Source: Marsupella aquatica (Eukaryota; Plantae; Marchantiophyta). Taken from it: a stretch of DNA of 64,000 bases. Made by a program: the position numbers and the translations under genes. Under the pieces are notes generated by a model that saw only the letters and a program-made list of their open reading frames with translations, did no database searches and was not told the DNA's origin. Below, in pieces: positions 25,256-37,984 of this stretch. Each line of letters starts with the position of its first letter. Positions within the stretch are counted from its first letter, which is position 1. The stretch is from NCBI GenBank assembly GCA_973895155.1, contig OZ316897.1, positions 1,080,515-1,144,514 on the forward strand. The letters are read 5' to 3'.

Positions 25256-27877
25256 TCACTTGTAATCATGCCCGGCATGTTCAGGTCTATGTGAGACCTC
25301 GTAGTCAAGGTGGACAAAAGCACGCTCGATATCAGGTAAGGATTCCAGCTTGTTCTGAAGGGACTCCCCGATATCATGTGCTTCCTCTAAAGTCATGTCT
25401 CTAGGCAGAACAATGTCCACCTCTGCAAAATAATGCTCTCCAAATGTATATGCTCGAACTGTATCTATTTGGCGAATGTGTTTGTGATGGTTCCAACACA
25501 GGTAGGTCAGTTTCTTCAGGTAGTCCGGACTTGCAGTCTTACTCGCCAAAGAATTCACATTCTTCTTCACGGCCATTGACCATGTTCGTATTGTGTACAG
25601 AGCCAGCTGCATAACGACACAAGCAAATGACAATCACTTAGGGAAAATTTTCTCACTCCCTTCAGCTCAAAGAACTTGGAATTGATCTATCTACCACTGG
25701 AAGCAATAGGTGATCCACACATGGGTACATACACACGAAGCGCACCAGCTGAACATGGGAACAAGACAAACTCGCAACGCTTCTGATCCAAGTCAATGCC
25801 AGGATCGGAGACTTACCAAAATAGCTCCCACGGGATCAATCCACCAGCCAAAGAGGGACGCCAAAAGGGCTGCTAGAAGACCGATCACATTGGTGACAAC
25901 ATCAAAGAAGTGATCAAGGGCATATGTTCTGACAATCTCATTATCAAACAGTCGACAATACAACATGAGACACAGCTTCACTACTGATGCTCCCGCCATG
26001 ATTCCCACCACCCAAAATCGTTTGGACCCACGAAGATCAAAAGAGTGATCCTGTAAACAATCATGAGACCCAACGTACAGATAAGTAATAGACCTACAGG
26101 AGAGCAACACGAAAGATACTAAGATGCTATTAGGAGCTTTGTTCTTTGTTTGCAAAGAAGGACAAGCAGCACTTAGCATCTACCCAGACAGTCAAGAGCA
26201 GCATCGATGACCAACAATGACAACGATGCAGCGCTCCTTCAGGCAAGTCAGCTAACACCTACTTTTGATCGAACTTCTAACATGTAAACCAAGCCAAAAA
26301 ACCGTCAGAAAATGGAGAGTTCCGGTACTTGCCGCGGATACGAGTCTTTTAAGAGATTCATAGATAATCAGTAGACCCAATGTCGCCATAACGGATGCAA
26401 AAATCAGAATACCCTGCTTAATGTGTCAAAACCAGGATGTTACATTAATTAGAAACTAAAACTGCAACTCCTGGTTACAGACTCTACAAAATATTTTACT
26501 GGATCGAATGAAACCGTCGCAGATTATAGGCATAGGGTTACAGGGACAAGTTAGGTAGGATATGCAGTCTTTCTGATCGAAGCATGACTCCCTGTCTAGG
26601 AAACCCCTAGTACGGAGAGACCTATCATATGCCTTTCAAGTAACGCTACAGCAGCTAACAGCAACAGGGTTGCCCGTTCTCTTGAAGAAGAAAATCTAGC
26701 CTTAGCCTTTCTGAAACAGCTGAACATTGACTGCCAGGACCTGTGCGCTCCTTTTCACAGGGAGAGTATGTTTGAGCGGCAATCAATGTCTATGCTGAAT
26801 CAATAAACGCGGTCCATGACCAAAAAACTATGGCATTTAGCAACTTTGAAGGTGAAATGGTTAGAAGAACGTACGATTGGTTGCATCCTGTTCTTGCCGA
26901 TTGGATACAGATACGGGTTGGGTCTTCTTATCGAGTGAGACGTGAACCATAGAATGAAGCCTGATAGGAGATCCATGAAGGAATCTAGGGTAGAAGCCAA
27001 GATGGCCAGAGATCCACTCTTGACGGATGCAAATAGTTTTGCTGCAAACAGTATAAGGTTGACTACATTGGAAATTCGAATCGCACGAACTTCTCCCCTT
27101 TCGATTTTTGCCCTTTCGTCCTGCGGCGTTGAGGAGCAAATTTGCAAAAGGACCGATTAGCTTTATTTGACCTTAATGGGAGGGCGGTATCAATCTGTTG
27201 ATAATGCAGACGACTCCACAATATTCTACGACATTTTACGTCTGTGAGTAAAATTATTGGGGTTGAAATCCGGAATTTCTGAGCTCAAAGACTACTCGAT
27301 TTGGTCCACACTCATTTCTGTGAACTTCTTCCGCGTATTTCTTCACTTTCATGCACCTAAGCTTACCTTACCATAGTTATGGTAGGCCGGTATCCATGCT
27401 CTGTGATGTCGTCCATCTCTTTGTACGTATCCAGCATTTCGTCTTGGTGCCGATAATATTTAGCAACTCCATTGTCAAATCCTGCAAACACATGACATCA
27501 GCTTATTACATGCTCGCAATTATATATCATCGCAAATTGATTCGCAAACCTATATATTGACTACTCATTAGAAACAGAAACGGCAAGAAGGTATTCTCTG
27601 TCAAACCCAACACTTTATTTACAGAAATTATCAAATTGGCAAATCATGAACACGGAGTGTGTAGGCACTGGCAGGACGCACCGAACAATTTGAGGCATTT
27701 ATGTAGGCTCGCTTGCAAAGAATCTGGAGAGTTTTCGGACATTCTTTCACGGGGGAATCTGTTGTAATTGAGGCGCCACGTGAGATCATCTGTCCTGCCG
27801 CTGGTCCAGCCCAGCGACTCGTCCTGGATCTCCTCGCCTGCCCTCCCATCTGACCCTAAGGCCTCCATGTCGGCCAT
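25256..27877 (-). CDS. MTP11: Metal tolerance protein (cation diffusion facilitator, Mn-CDF / MTP8-11 group)
   Basis: Exons 27877-27682, 27481-27372, 27120-26875, 26413-26333, 26050-25817, 25606-25256. Motifs: [82 protein letters not shown]. DxxxD in both TM2 and TM5 indicates the Mn clade. The exact paralog number is approximate. Confidence 0.93.
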
Positions 27878-29299
27878 CACAACAGTAACTCCAGTAGTCC
27901 CTTGCCCAGATTTGCCTGTCTGTGCGTCTTTGTAAAAAGTTGAGACTCAGATCGTTCTTTGTGTCCTAATCTACGCCTTCAATTATAAGGTCACTCACGA
28001 ATTTTATGATCTAAACGATCAGTCATTCCTGACAGGGCCGACCTCCATTTGAAATGTTCACTTCCAATTCAAAGGCAAGTGAACTGAAGAGTGATCACTA
28101 CAGGGGCCCGTTGTTCAGGACCGATTTCCCATTCGGATCCGATTCGGAGGCTCAATGTGATCTCTGGAGGGCTCCTTTGCTTGTCCGATCTCCAATTCAA
28201 AGGCTCCTTCCACTTGCATGAATACCCCACTCGACGGCCTTCAGACGGATGTCAGCACAACTTCTTCTGCTCCTCGGAAAGACGCACGTCATCGCCTTGC
28301 ACTCGATCCAGGAATTGATTGGATGCCACGTACATCGGAATCAGACGTCACCTGGGATCGGATACCACCTGCAAAACGAATGACATGGCTGATCAGATCA
28401 ACAATAAAATACCGCCACCACCACATCATGAGCAGGATTGGCACGGTAGTGTCTGTACAGTACTAATAATAATGAGAAAAAGTAATTGTTTCTCGCAGAT
28501 TATTTTGCTATACTCCGACAGTCAAAACGGATTCACGTTCGTGGCGAGATTCTGTCTTCTGGGGCAAGCCTTTCATATCAGGGATTCGTAGGCTGTCTTC
28601 TGGGGCAAGCCTTTCATTCAGGATTAGTAGGGCGTATGCTGCACGCATTGCTGATTCATCCAATGTTTTCGTTTCAGTTTTCCGACAGCAGAATCTTGTA
28701 CCTATCCACAGAGTATGGTTCATTAAGAATTAGGCAAGTGAATAAGATGCAATTTAATGGGTCCTACAAAACAATGGCCGATGATGACCTTTTGAGAGGC
28801 GTGAGAACACTGAACGAGAAGAAGGCTCAAGCATTCACGTGCATCCCCCGCTCAAGCAACTCGTTTAACTCCTAACATACAGTAGTAGTCACCGCGTTGT
28901 GCTGGAGCAACTCCTTCTAAATAAGGTCAATCCCGTCCTGGTGCACGCCGACCTCTGCTTCTCCTGCATTTCTTCTCCGAATCATGCGAGCTGCTTGAAT
29001 TCTTTCAGTGTGGGTGCTCCTGAAGTACTGGAGTGAAGTTTTTCTCATGGCAAAACCAAAAGGCAGGAATCAGCAAGGCTTTGAAACAATCACCGAGACA
29101 TTTGAATGTGAACACAAGCTCTATTTTCAACCGATTGATTCGATAATCAACCGCATGACATCGCCGATCAGACCACCTAGAAAATACCACTCCAGTACTC
29201 TAAATGAACTGGAATGAAGTTCTTCTCATGGCAAAACCGAAAGGCTTGAATCAGCAAACTTTGCGCACTTCGCAGGTACTACTCCCGACTGTCATCTAC

Positions 29300-29510
29300 A
29301 ATACGATTCGCTTCGTGATGTCGTGAGGTAATTGCAATTCTGTGCATCCTGTCTTCTAGAAATCGATTCGCTTTGTGATTTCACGTGGGCTACTTTACTA
29401 TTCTCTACATCCTGTCTTCTAGAAATCGATTCGTTTCGTGATCCTCGCGCAACTGAAGGCTTAGTTTGCAATTCTGTACATCATGTCTTTTAGAAATCGA
29501 TTCGTTTCAT
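29300..29510. repeat. ~63-bp tandem repeat, 3-4 diverged units; paralog at ~58225-58380
   Basis: ATTCT.T.CATC.TGTCTT.TAGAAATCGATTCG.TT recurs at ~29337, ~29400 and ~29471. Confidence 0.8.
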
Positions 29511-29659
29511 CAGCAGAGCTCTCGCTTCGTCGTTGGCTGGCATCATGCAGAAAGCCAAGCTTCTGTAGCAACCCAGCAGATCTCATACACTCCCCTCTTC
29601 CCTCGAATTCCCCCGAACACAACTCGAAAATAAAGAATTTTGGGTCCTGTGACAACAAA

Positions 29660-29850
29660 CATATATGAATTGGAACCCTGGGTCTATTTTCATTTTTTAT
29701 ACTCCCACTCATATATCAAGAGGGTCTATATTCATTTTTTATACTTTGCACTCATATCAACAGGGTCTATAATCATTTTTTATACTTGCACTCATATATC
29801 AAGAGGGCCTATATTCATTTTTATACTTGCACTCATATATCAAAGTGGAA
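29660..29850. repeat. AT-rich ~36-bp minisatellite (copy A)
   Basis: (GGGTCTATA)TTCATTTTTTATACTTGCACTCATATATCAA, about 4-5 units. Confidence 0.85.
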
Positions 29851-30121
29851 AAAAACACAAGGAGCCCCAACCACACAGGCCAAAGACCCAATCAAGGGGT
29901 GAAGGCAAGGAGCGAAATGAGCTATGTATACATCATTGTTGGGCATGGCTGATGAAATAACTGTGACAACAAGATTGAACACCACTGGAAAATGTTACAC
30001 CGTGAATTCAGGGAGCTCTTTCAAATTTAACTTAAAAAAAAGTTTAAAGACACCATGGCTAACTCACCCTCACTCAACAAGAGTGTGGTCCACAAGTCAT
30101 GCTCGAAGTCATGTGGCTAAT

Positions 30122-31193
30122 TTAGATTGCTGCTAGTTCTTGCGGTCCTCTGATCTCCTGGTGTTGTTCCGATCTCTTGTGCGCATGCGATTTGATGGGC
30201 AATGTTGTGGGTGACAAGAGGAAACATTGTCGAACTATGTAGTGCAAAAAGCAATACACTTCAAGAACTTCTTCCTCCTTGTATGCCAAAATATCCAGCA
30301 GATACACTTTACTGACCCAAAGTCGCCCATCATGATCAATGGAGACGAATTTCCAGACTGATGCATTAGAGAAGGTCCCCCACACCATGCAATTGGGTCT
30401 CCTCTCTCAGTGAAGACATGCTGCTCCGGCGTAGCACTGCCAAATGGCCACATTGTCCCAGGAACAGCTTCCCTCTACCGCTATGAGATGGGAATCACAT
30501 GGTTGTGAGTAGTCTTTGATGCCCTCCCTCCAACATGTCCAATCAGGTAATCAAGAACACTACTGAGTTTGCAGTCCTGGCGGTCCACCAATGCTGGACC
30601 AGACTCCATCTTCACTTCACAAAAGATGCGCAGCTTAGACTCAAACTCAGCCTGGCTAATAACATCTTGTAGGAAAACATCTAGAATAGTGCGCAGACTG
30701 GCCTCGGAGCTCATTGACCAAACTCTAGACTTCTGAATGAAAAAGGACATGAAGCACTGAGAAGGGCGAATGTTGTTGTAAAAATCATCAACAATCCACG
30801 TTTTCTCAGTACATATGACACCTGCGATGCCTGCAATTTGATGTAAATTGGCTTCAGTGAAACTCACACTCCATGTTTTGGTCGGGCTAATGGTTTTGAG
30901 GAAATCGAACCCCTGTTCCAACGTCTGAATCTGCCATTGATGCAGCGGGATCCGGCTTTCAAACCGCGAGAGCTGCCTTTGGAGATCTTTGAAGCGCTCA
31001 TTCTCAATGCATTCGAGCTCAGTCTTCTCTTCATCTGTAGAGTTGTTCTTGATCCTTAGCTGTACTGGAGAAATGTGTTGATTTCTATTTCAATGCGCCC
31101 AATTTTGTCGTGAAGTGAGTTGATGAGCGTGATTTGTTCATAAGCGACCTACATTCTACCTTGCAAATCCTCAGGCTTAAAAGAGCCCTCCAT
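30122..31193 (-). pseudogene. Coiled-coil + PD-(D/E)XK restriction-endonuclease-like (Crinkler CR-REase-like) gene, copy A, disrupted
   Basis: ATG at 31193, then an early TAG, deletions and frameshifts. Retains SEASLRTILDVFL, RIFCEVKM, LSSVLDYLIGH, HLIAVEG, WQCY, VWG.FSNA..WKF..ID.DG and LLSPTT. Confidence 0.7.
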
Positions 31194-32028
31194 TTTACCG
31201 TGACGTCCAGTCCTAGCAGAGCCAAAATTGAGACCAGCGAATGCGACAGCAAGAGGTAGAGAATCTGCAATCTGTTTCACCGTGCAAAATTGTCAACATA
31301 GGGCCACTTTGGTACCGACACCTAACCTATTCTGTTCAACTTTACTATGAAACGGAAGGATGCTAGAAGTTGACGCTGAGAAATGAAAGCGAGGAGAGAT
31401 GTAGCGCTCCGTGAAACCCGGTGAGAGGAGAGACAGTGAGAGGCTCGGATGCAGGAACACTTAGTTTTTTCCAGGCTGGCGCATCACGGGTCGGTAAGGG
31501 GAAAGTAACTGGGGCCCCCGTTTTTTACGCTGCTGCGGCCGTTTGGAGTTAATTTTTCAAAACTGGATCACACTGGACCACACAATGGTTTTGTCGCGCG
31601 TTAACAGCTTGAATTAATATAACCAGTTTTTTGTCCCTTATCAACAGCTAGTCTTCGTTTTACACAGGGTAATCACGCGACACCACACACCCTGTGCCAC
31701 TCTACCGCACTCACGTCGACACTGCCCTACGCACCATCCTCCTCCATGTTTTACTAAGAAAATAACCAGAAATTTGAATTTGGTGCGTTTTTTCTTAGTC
31801 TTTCGGCGCTGCACTCCATTTGTGCAATCTATAGACTACTTGGCTCACATTGGAGGTGAGGAATGCGACCGGGCAGTTGCACTCAGTTTCGAATCTGTAG
31901 GGACTGTCTTCACTACATCTTGACTACGCTCTTCTCTGCCTGAACCGCGACGTTTTTTGATAGTACTGGTCATCTGGTGGGGTTTTTCCAAATTTGTTTC
32001 AAGGCGGCAGTCGTCACTTCGGGATAAT

Positions 32029-33759
32029 ATGGCTAGCAGCACATCCAGACGCCCCACACGACATACACCCCAACGATCTGGAAATCCTGCGCAGAATGTG
32101 GCAATTCAAACAGCACCAGCTGGCCGCCCACGTAGTGAAACGGGCCCTCCCACGATTCCCACGGTAAAAAATGCTGAAATCGTATACATTCCAACGGAGA
32201 TCTTGCAGCTGGGAACGAGGAGGATTTTTGGCAATAAGGTGGTTTTAGGCTTCGAATCTGAATTCGATCATCGATTGGCCAAGGACTGGATCTCGGCTTT
32301 CAACCAAGAGAACGAGATTAAATTGACTCTCCACGATGAGCTGGCCCAGGCTCTGTTCGTAGTCCAATTCGACGCCAATGCGGGGGACCATATCAAGAAG
32401 GGCCTCCTGGGTGCCTCCCCTCTGAAAGCTCTTGACAAATTCGCCGCGGTAAACGATTACACGCCTATCTTCGACCCCTGTAACTCAAAAGACTTCAAGC
32501 ATCTGGTCACGGTCTACATTCAGAAAGGCAGCCCCGAAATCTACGAGTACATCAAATTCGTGGTGGCACCGATTGGGCGCTTTATTCGTGCAAAACTTGC
32601 GCCAGGCACTGAAGGTCATCACATTTCCGCCGTTGTTGAAACTACACTCAAAATCTTTCCAGCAAACGGTAAGCTCCAACTCAGTCGTCCAGGAATTACC
32701 ACTGTCACCTTCGATTACCTAGGCAGAAATCTCCGCTGCTGTTTTTGTTTTTCGTATAGGCATCTGGCCTCCAAGTGCACGCAACCACGCCCACCCATTT
32801 ATCAGGGCCACAACTACCAATTCAACGCCCTAGGGGACGAGGCTCAACACCAAATTGCATCAACAAACTCAGCACAACAAAAGGTGCGACTGGACAGCGT
32901 GGTTTTTCACGAATACCAGGAAGCGGCTCGCAAGGCAAGGGCGGAAGCAGACTACTGGCGGGGACAAGCAGAAGAGCAGCAACAACGGGAGGAGGCAGAA
33001 TTACAACATCTCGCAACCCAAGCCGCTACCCTTGAAGCTGAGCAGCCGAATCGAAGTGTAAACAATCCTGCCTCATCTGTTGCTCCAAGCTCATCACGAC
33101 ATCAACACAATCAATCTGCACGACGGAGACACCGGAGAACCGTCCCTCGGTCCCCCCAGCTGCGAAGCAACGACGCTAGCGGCAAAACACCTGGAGCGAG
33201 TGACAGTAAGCTTGTTGACCATCCCTCTCGGAGGGGGGACAGTGTGGAATCCAAGCTAAAACAATCAGTGGTAGCTCCCACTGCACACACTGCACACTCT
33301 TCTGAACACCTATCCAACTACCATAGGCGACCCCTGCGGAAGGTGTGGGTGGTGAGACCCACACAGGCTGGTGGTTCCTCTACACCACAAATTGGAGCAG
33401 TCCAGCTGATCGAAGTGGAGGTGACCTCCTCTGTGACACCTGCAATCCCTCTTGAGACGGTGACACCTCCACACCTCCCTACCGGCAGGGAAAATGTAAC
33501 AATCCGAAAGCGCCCAATTTCAAGGGAATCCTCCGAAACCGACTCCGATTCCTTGCCTCTCTCAATTGGTGACGCCCAGCCCAGAGCCAAGCGACCTCGC
33601 CTGTTGGAGCCCTTACAGCGAGGTATTTATTGCCACAAGATACCCCCGTCACGCGATGTGCAAGCTGACAATTCTCACATACAACCTGCGAGGACTGGCC
33701 TCCAGGAGACGCAGACTCCGAGCCCGTTTCATCCTGGAGGGGCTACAACACACCCCTGA
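32029..33759 (+). CDS. LINE ORF1 (gag-like, CCHC zinc knuckle)
   Basis: Open frame from ATG 32029 with CFCFSYRHLASKC-type CX2CX4HX4C knuckle, a coiled-coil patch and a low-complexity C-terminus. Confidence 0.85.
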   Translation: MASSTSRRPTRHTPQRSGNPAQNVAIQTAPAGRPRSETGPPTIPTVKNAEIVYIPTEILQLGTRRIFGNKVVLGFESEFDHRLAKDWISAFNQENEIKLTLHDELAQALFVVQFDANAGDHIKKGLLGASPLKALDKFAAVNDYTPIFDPCNSKDFKHLVTVYIQKGSPEIYEYIKFVVAPIGRFIRAKLAPGTEGHHISAVVETTLKIFPANGKLQLSRPGITTVTFDYLGRNLRCCFCFSYRHLASKCTQPRPPIYQGHNYQFNALGDEAQHQIASTNSAQQKVRLDSVVFHEYQEAARKARAEADYWRGQAEEQQQREEAELQHLATQAATLEAEQPNRSVNNPASSVAPSSSRHQHNQSARRRHRRTVPRSPQLRSNDASGKTPGASDSKLVDHPSRRGDSVESKLKQSVVAPTAHTAHSSEHLSNYHRRPLRKVWVVRPTQAGGSSTPQIGAVQLIEVEVTSSVTPAIPLETVTPPHLPTGRENVTIRKRPISRESSETDSDSLPLSIGDAQPRAKRPRLLEPLQRGIYCHKIPPSRDVQADNSHIQPARTGLQETQTPSPFHPGGATTHP

Positions 33760-36700
33760 TATAGTATGCATACAGGAGCACAAGCTGCGTGCAGGCAGGA
33801 TAGACAAACTCCAAGAGGTTTGGCGCTCTGCACACTGGATTTGTGCTCCGGCGGCGGATGGAGCTCACTCCATTCGGAATGGTGGTGTACATGCTGGATT
33901 GGGAGGAATGGCAATTGCCATTACACAAAGCATTCACCAAACTGTGATTTCTGAAGGTGTTTTGGATTCCGGCCGCGCTGCTTGGTGCTGCATTGCTCAC
34001 GACGGATTGGGAAGAATGGGCTTCTTGGGTATTTATGCGCCAAATTCAGCCAGAGAGCGGACAGCCCTTTGGAGGGAGCTTTTCAATCGGCTGGACCCAT
34101 CTTTCACCTGGATCTTAATGGGAGATTTCAACATGATAGAGCACCCTTCGGATCATAAGGGGGGATCGGGCACAATCATTGCGGGCTGTGAAGGAAGAGC
34201 TTGGCGCCATCTCATGAGGAGGCTTCACCTTATGGACACTTTCCAGGCACAACCTGGACACCTTCGGTACAGTTGGGATAACAAAAGGAGCTTCCGCCAT
34301 GCACCTGCTATGCAGGACGCATCTACATTAGGAGGTCGGGTGCTCCGGAGGCTCGATAGAATCTACGCTTCCAAGGGGGCTGTTAAAGATGCTTTTGACA
34401 TTTCTTCCACCATCATCCCCGGAATCCCCCTATCTGACCATGCTCCGGTCCTGGCCAGGATTACCCCACTAGTGCCTCTTAAGCGCTACTCCCAGCATCG
34501 TATGAACGTCAGTCACCAGACTCGAAGCGATTATCAGGAACGCATTTCCCGCATGTGGAAACGGGAGGAGGAATTGTGCAACAGGCGAGGGCTCACGGCC
34601 TCCAAGACACTAATCCGATGCCTTGCAAAAACACGCAAATTTGACAGGAGTTGGGGGAAAAGGAAGGCCTTGGAAAGACGCCTGAGGGAGGTAACACTTC
34701 GTGCCTCGCTTACTCACGCACAACTACAACTTGAACGGGAACCACAAGTCACTGCGCATCAAGCTGCACTGCAGGCGGCTGAGGCGTTGCTTCATGAATT
34801 CGAAGCAGAGAAGGTCCAATGGATGGATTACATCCTTCAGTCTCGGTGGATTGGAGAGGGAGACAAATGCTCCCGACTCTTCTTCAGAACATTTAAAGGA
34901 ATGGCCATGAAAAATGAGATCACTCAATTGTTTACCAAGGAGAATCGTTTAATCAGCGACTGGGAGGGGATGGCGGCCACAACAACCAATTTTTTCAAAG
35001 AAATATTGGGCCAATCGGAGGGGGCGCAGTGGGAGACGATTTCGCGGGTCCTGGAGCTTCAACACAAACGCATCACCACGGAGGAGCAGGATTCACTAAA
35101 TGAGCCATTAACGTTGGATGAGCTTAGCAGGGCAGCAGTTGCTTTGGCAAGCCATAAATGCCCCGGTCCGGATGGGGTCCCTGTGGAATTCTTTGTGGCG
35201 CAATGGAACACGGTGGGACGCTCCCTTCTCAGTGCGCTTAATCAAGGTCTGGCCGAGGGGTACTTTTCCTTTGAATACACTCGAGGTTTCATTGTCCTTC
35301 TCCGCAAGAAAGATGACCAGCGCTACTTAACCAATCTCCGCAAGAAAGATGACCAGCGCTACTTAACCAACAAACGACCCATTACCCTGCTAAATGTGGT
35401 TCACAAGATCGGGGCGAAAGCTTTCCAACTGAGATTGATCCCAGTCCTGCAGAGATTCATTTCGCCCCAACAATTTGCTTTTCTACCAGGTCGAAACATA
35501 CACCACTCTTTGATGCTGCTCAATGAAATGTTACATCACGCTAAAACATCCGGATTGGACTACATTCTGATGAAATTGGATGTCGCCAAGGCGTTCGACA
35601 AACTTGAATGGCCCTTTTTGATGTCCATAATGGAGAAAGCTGGTTTTGATGGACTGCTTATGGATTTCCTGAGAGCCACTCATGCATCGGCATCCTCTGC
35701 TGTACTCCTCAACGGCCGTATGGCGGCACCTTTTGGTCTTGCCAGATCGGTTAGACAAGGCTGCCCTCTGTCTCCTCTTCTATTCCTTATCGCTATCGAT
35801 GCTCTCAGCTGGATGATCAATTGGGCAATAGACAGGGGCACTATCCAAGGCATCAACATCCAAACCGTAGCAGTACATAATGTACACAATCTTTACGCAG
35901 ACGACCTCGCCATGCTGATCAGAGCTTACATGGAAAATGTGGAAAGCTGCAAGCGACTCCTTCAACTTTTTGGGGTGGCATCTGGGCTGGTGTGTGTATG
36001 GGAGAAAACAAAGGCAGCGTTCATTTCTCCTCGCAGAATACCCATTGAATTTAGGAGACTCCCTTGGCAGTGGGAAGACGATGCCACAGCCACGAAGCTA
36101 TTAGGCATTCCCATTGCTCAGAACATCTCTGAAGTCCAAATGGTCTCCTCCCTGACCGAAAAGCTTGAATCCAGATTAGACAGGGTCCGGAAGAGCTCGG
36201 GGTCGCTCATCGCCCGGGTCACAGTGGCAAATCACCTCGTCATGAGCACCTTGTGGTTTATGTTGACTATTTGGGCTGGCCAACATAGTACCCTGGTTGC
36301 ACTTCAACGAAAGATCACAACATTCGTATGGGCAGGGCAAAATACTAGAGCTCGATCGAGGGTCGATTTCGCCACGATCACAAGGCCAAAAGGCTAAGGG
36401 GGCCTTGGACTCATTTCAGTTGCAGCACAATTCAGAGCACTGGCCGGGAACTTCATTATTTGGGCACTGTCCGGAGCAGATCACCCCCTACGTCGAATTC
36501 TCCAGCATGAGATCAAGCAGCTTTCTAAGCGGAAATGGGGAGTGGAAGATTATACCTGGGTCTTTTCGCAGTGCCACACTCTTCCACTGAATGGGTCCAA
36601 AGTGTGGACCAATGTATGCACAGGGTGGAACGTCATCAAGAAAAATCTGAGAGCTACATCTCCTGCGCATCTGGAAGGATGGAGTGACCTTCCCCTTTGG

Positions 36701-37984
36701 CAACCGCACATTAACCACATCCACGCAAATCAAGCCAAATGTCGGAGCAATCCACAGAGGAAAATCAGGAGGGCTGGCTTTGTTGTCATGAGAGACGTCT
36801 TGGATGGGAGGGGGCAATTCATCAACTGGGAGGATGGACCTAACGCTATGCTTCCCCCAAATTGCTCCTCTGCGTATCGTAAGTTAATTGCTAACCTTCG
36901 TACTATGCCTGAGCTACACAGGAATCCTGGGGAACTTGTCCCTCTCTTCATGGAGGCCCGACTGCCATGTGGGACTCTTTACATCTGGGAATACCAGGTA
37001 CCCAGACACCGCATTACGTCCCAATGGCAGTGGTTCAATGACATTGCTCACCCCAGACGTACCTTTAGGGTGGTCAATGACACTCTTCGCAAATTGGATA
37101 CCATTGCTCCTCCGACAGATGTCATCTTGCACCGAGTGTTGACCAGGAACGGCAACCGAGCTTCCAACCACATGCACCGCGTTGGAAGGCCCCATGGATT
37201 GTTGGCACCTCTGTTGCAGCACGAATGGAAGGATGGACTCTCCTTTCTGGAAACTAACACCGCCCACTTACGTGAAATTCAGGCGCCACTCAATGGAACA
37301 CTCCACAAAGCGATTCACAAATGGGCCATCAGATTGAATTGGCAGCCCCACCCACGGACGCTCTGGGCTGATACATGGCTACCTTTCCGAGCTGCTAGCG
37401 AGAATTGCTACCTGTGGCAACTGATTTACAGGATACCTGCAACACAGCACTGGAGGTTCCCGAGACTACCATCAACCAATCCGGCCACCTGGTGCACCCG
37501 GTGTGGCACTAACCAACAGGAAGATATCGTTCACTGCATTTGGAGCTGCAATCAGTCGCAGATAGTCTGGAGGTGGGTTCATTTTGTGCTACAGCTATGT
37601 GCCTGTTCTAGGGGAAATCTTATTCACCTACAGCCAGTCCACATTTTTGTTGGGGAGCCCCTACCGGAGCATTGGGACGTCCCCATGAAGCTGTGGCATA
37701 CCTTAAGGGCCATTATCTGCTGGAACTTGTGGAAGGACAGAAGTACCCACTTCATTGAACACACCCGACCCCACCCACAAGGAGTTATCAGAAAATCTTG
37801 GCATCGACTCGGAATCTACCTACGTCGTGATTGGGGCCGGATTAAGGTTCGTATCCAAGTTGGAAAGATCACTTCAAGGGAGGCGCACAACGAGATGGCG
37901 TTTCACTATGGCACCTGGGCTGGCCTTTGGGAACTCCATGAGGAATCCCTTCAAGTCCCACCAGTACCTCTACGACCACCATGA
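33656..37984 (+). pseudogene. LINE ORF2 (APE endonuclease - reverse transcriptase - zf-RVT), interrupted by one nonsense codon
   Basis: Endonuclease motifs TYNLRGL, IQEHK, GDFN, LDRIY, SDHAPV. RT motifs KCPGPDG, RPITLLN, KLDVAKAFD, VRQGCPLSP, YADD. C-terminal CTRC..EDIVHCIWSC. TAA at 36395-36397 sits inside PKG*GGLG and the downstream ORF (36542-37984) is in the same frame. Confidence 0.95.

Noticed and set aside
36542-37984. 480-aa ORF as an independent third LINE ORF
   Set aside because: It is in the same frame as ORF2 and is simply its C-terminus after a premature stop.
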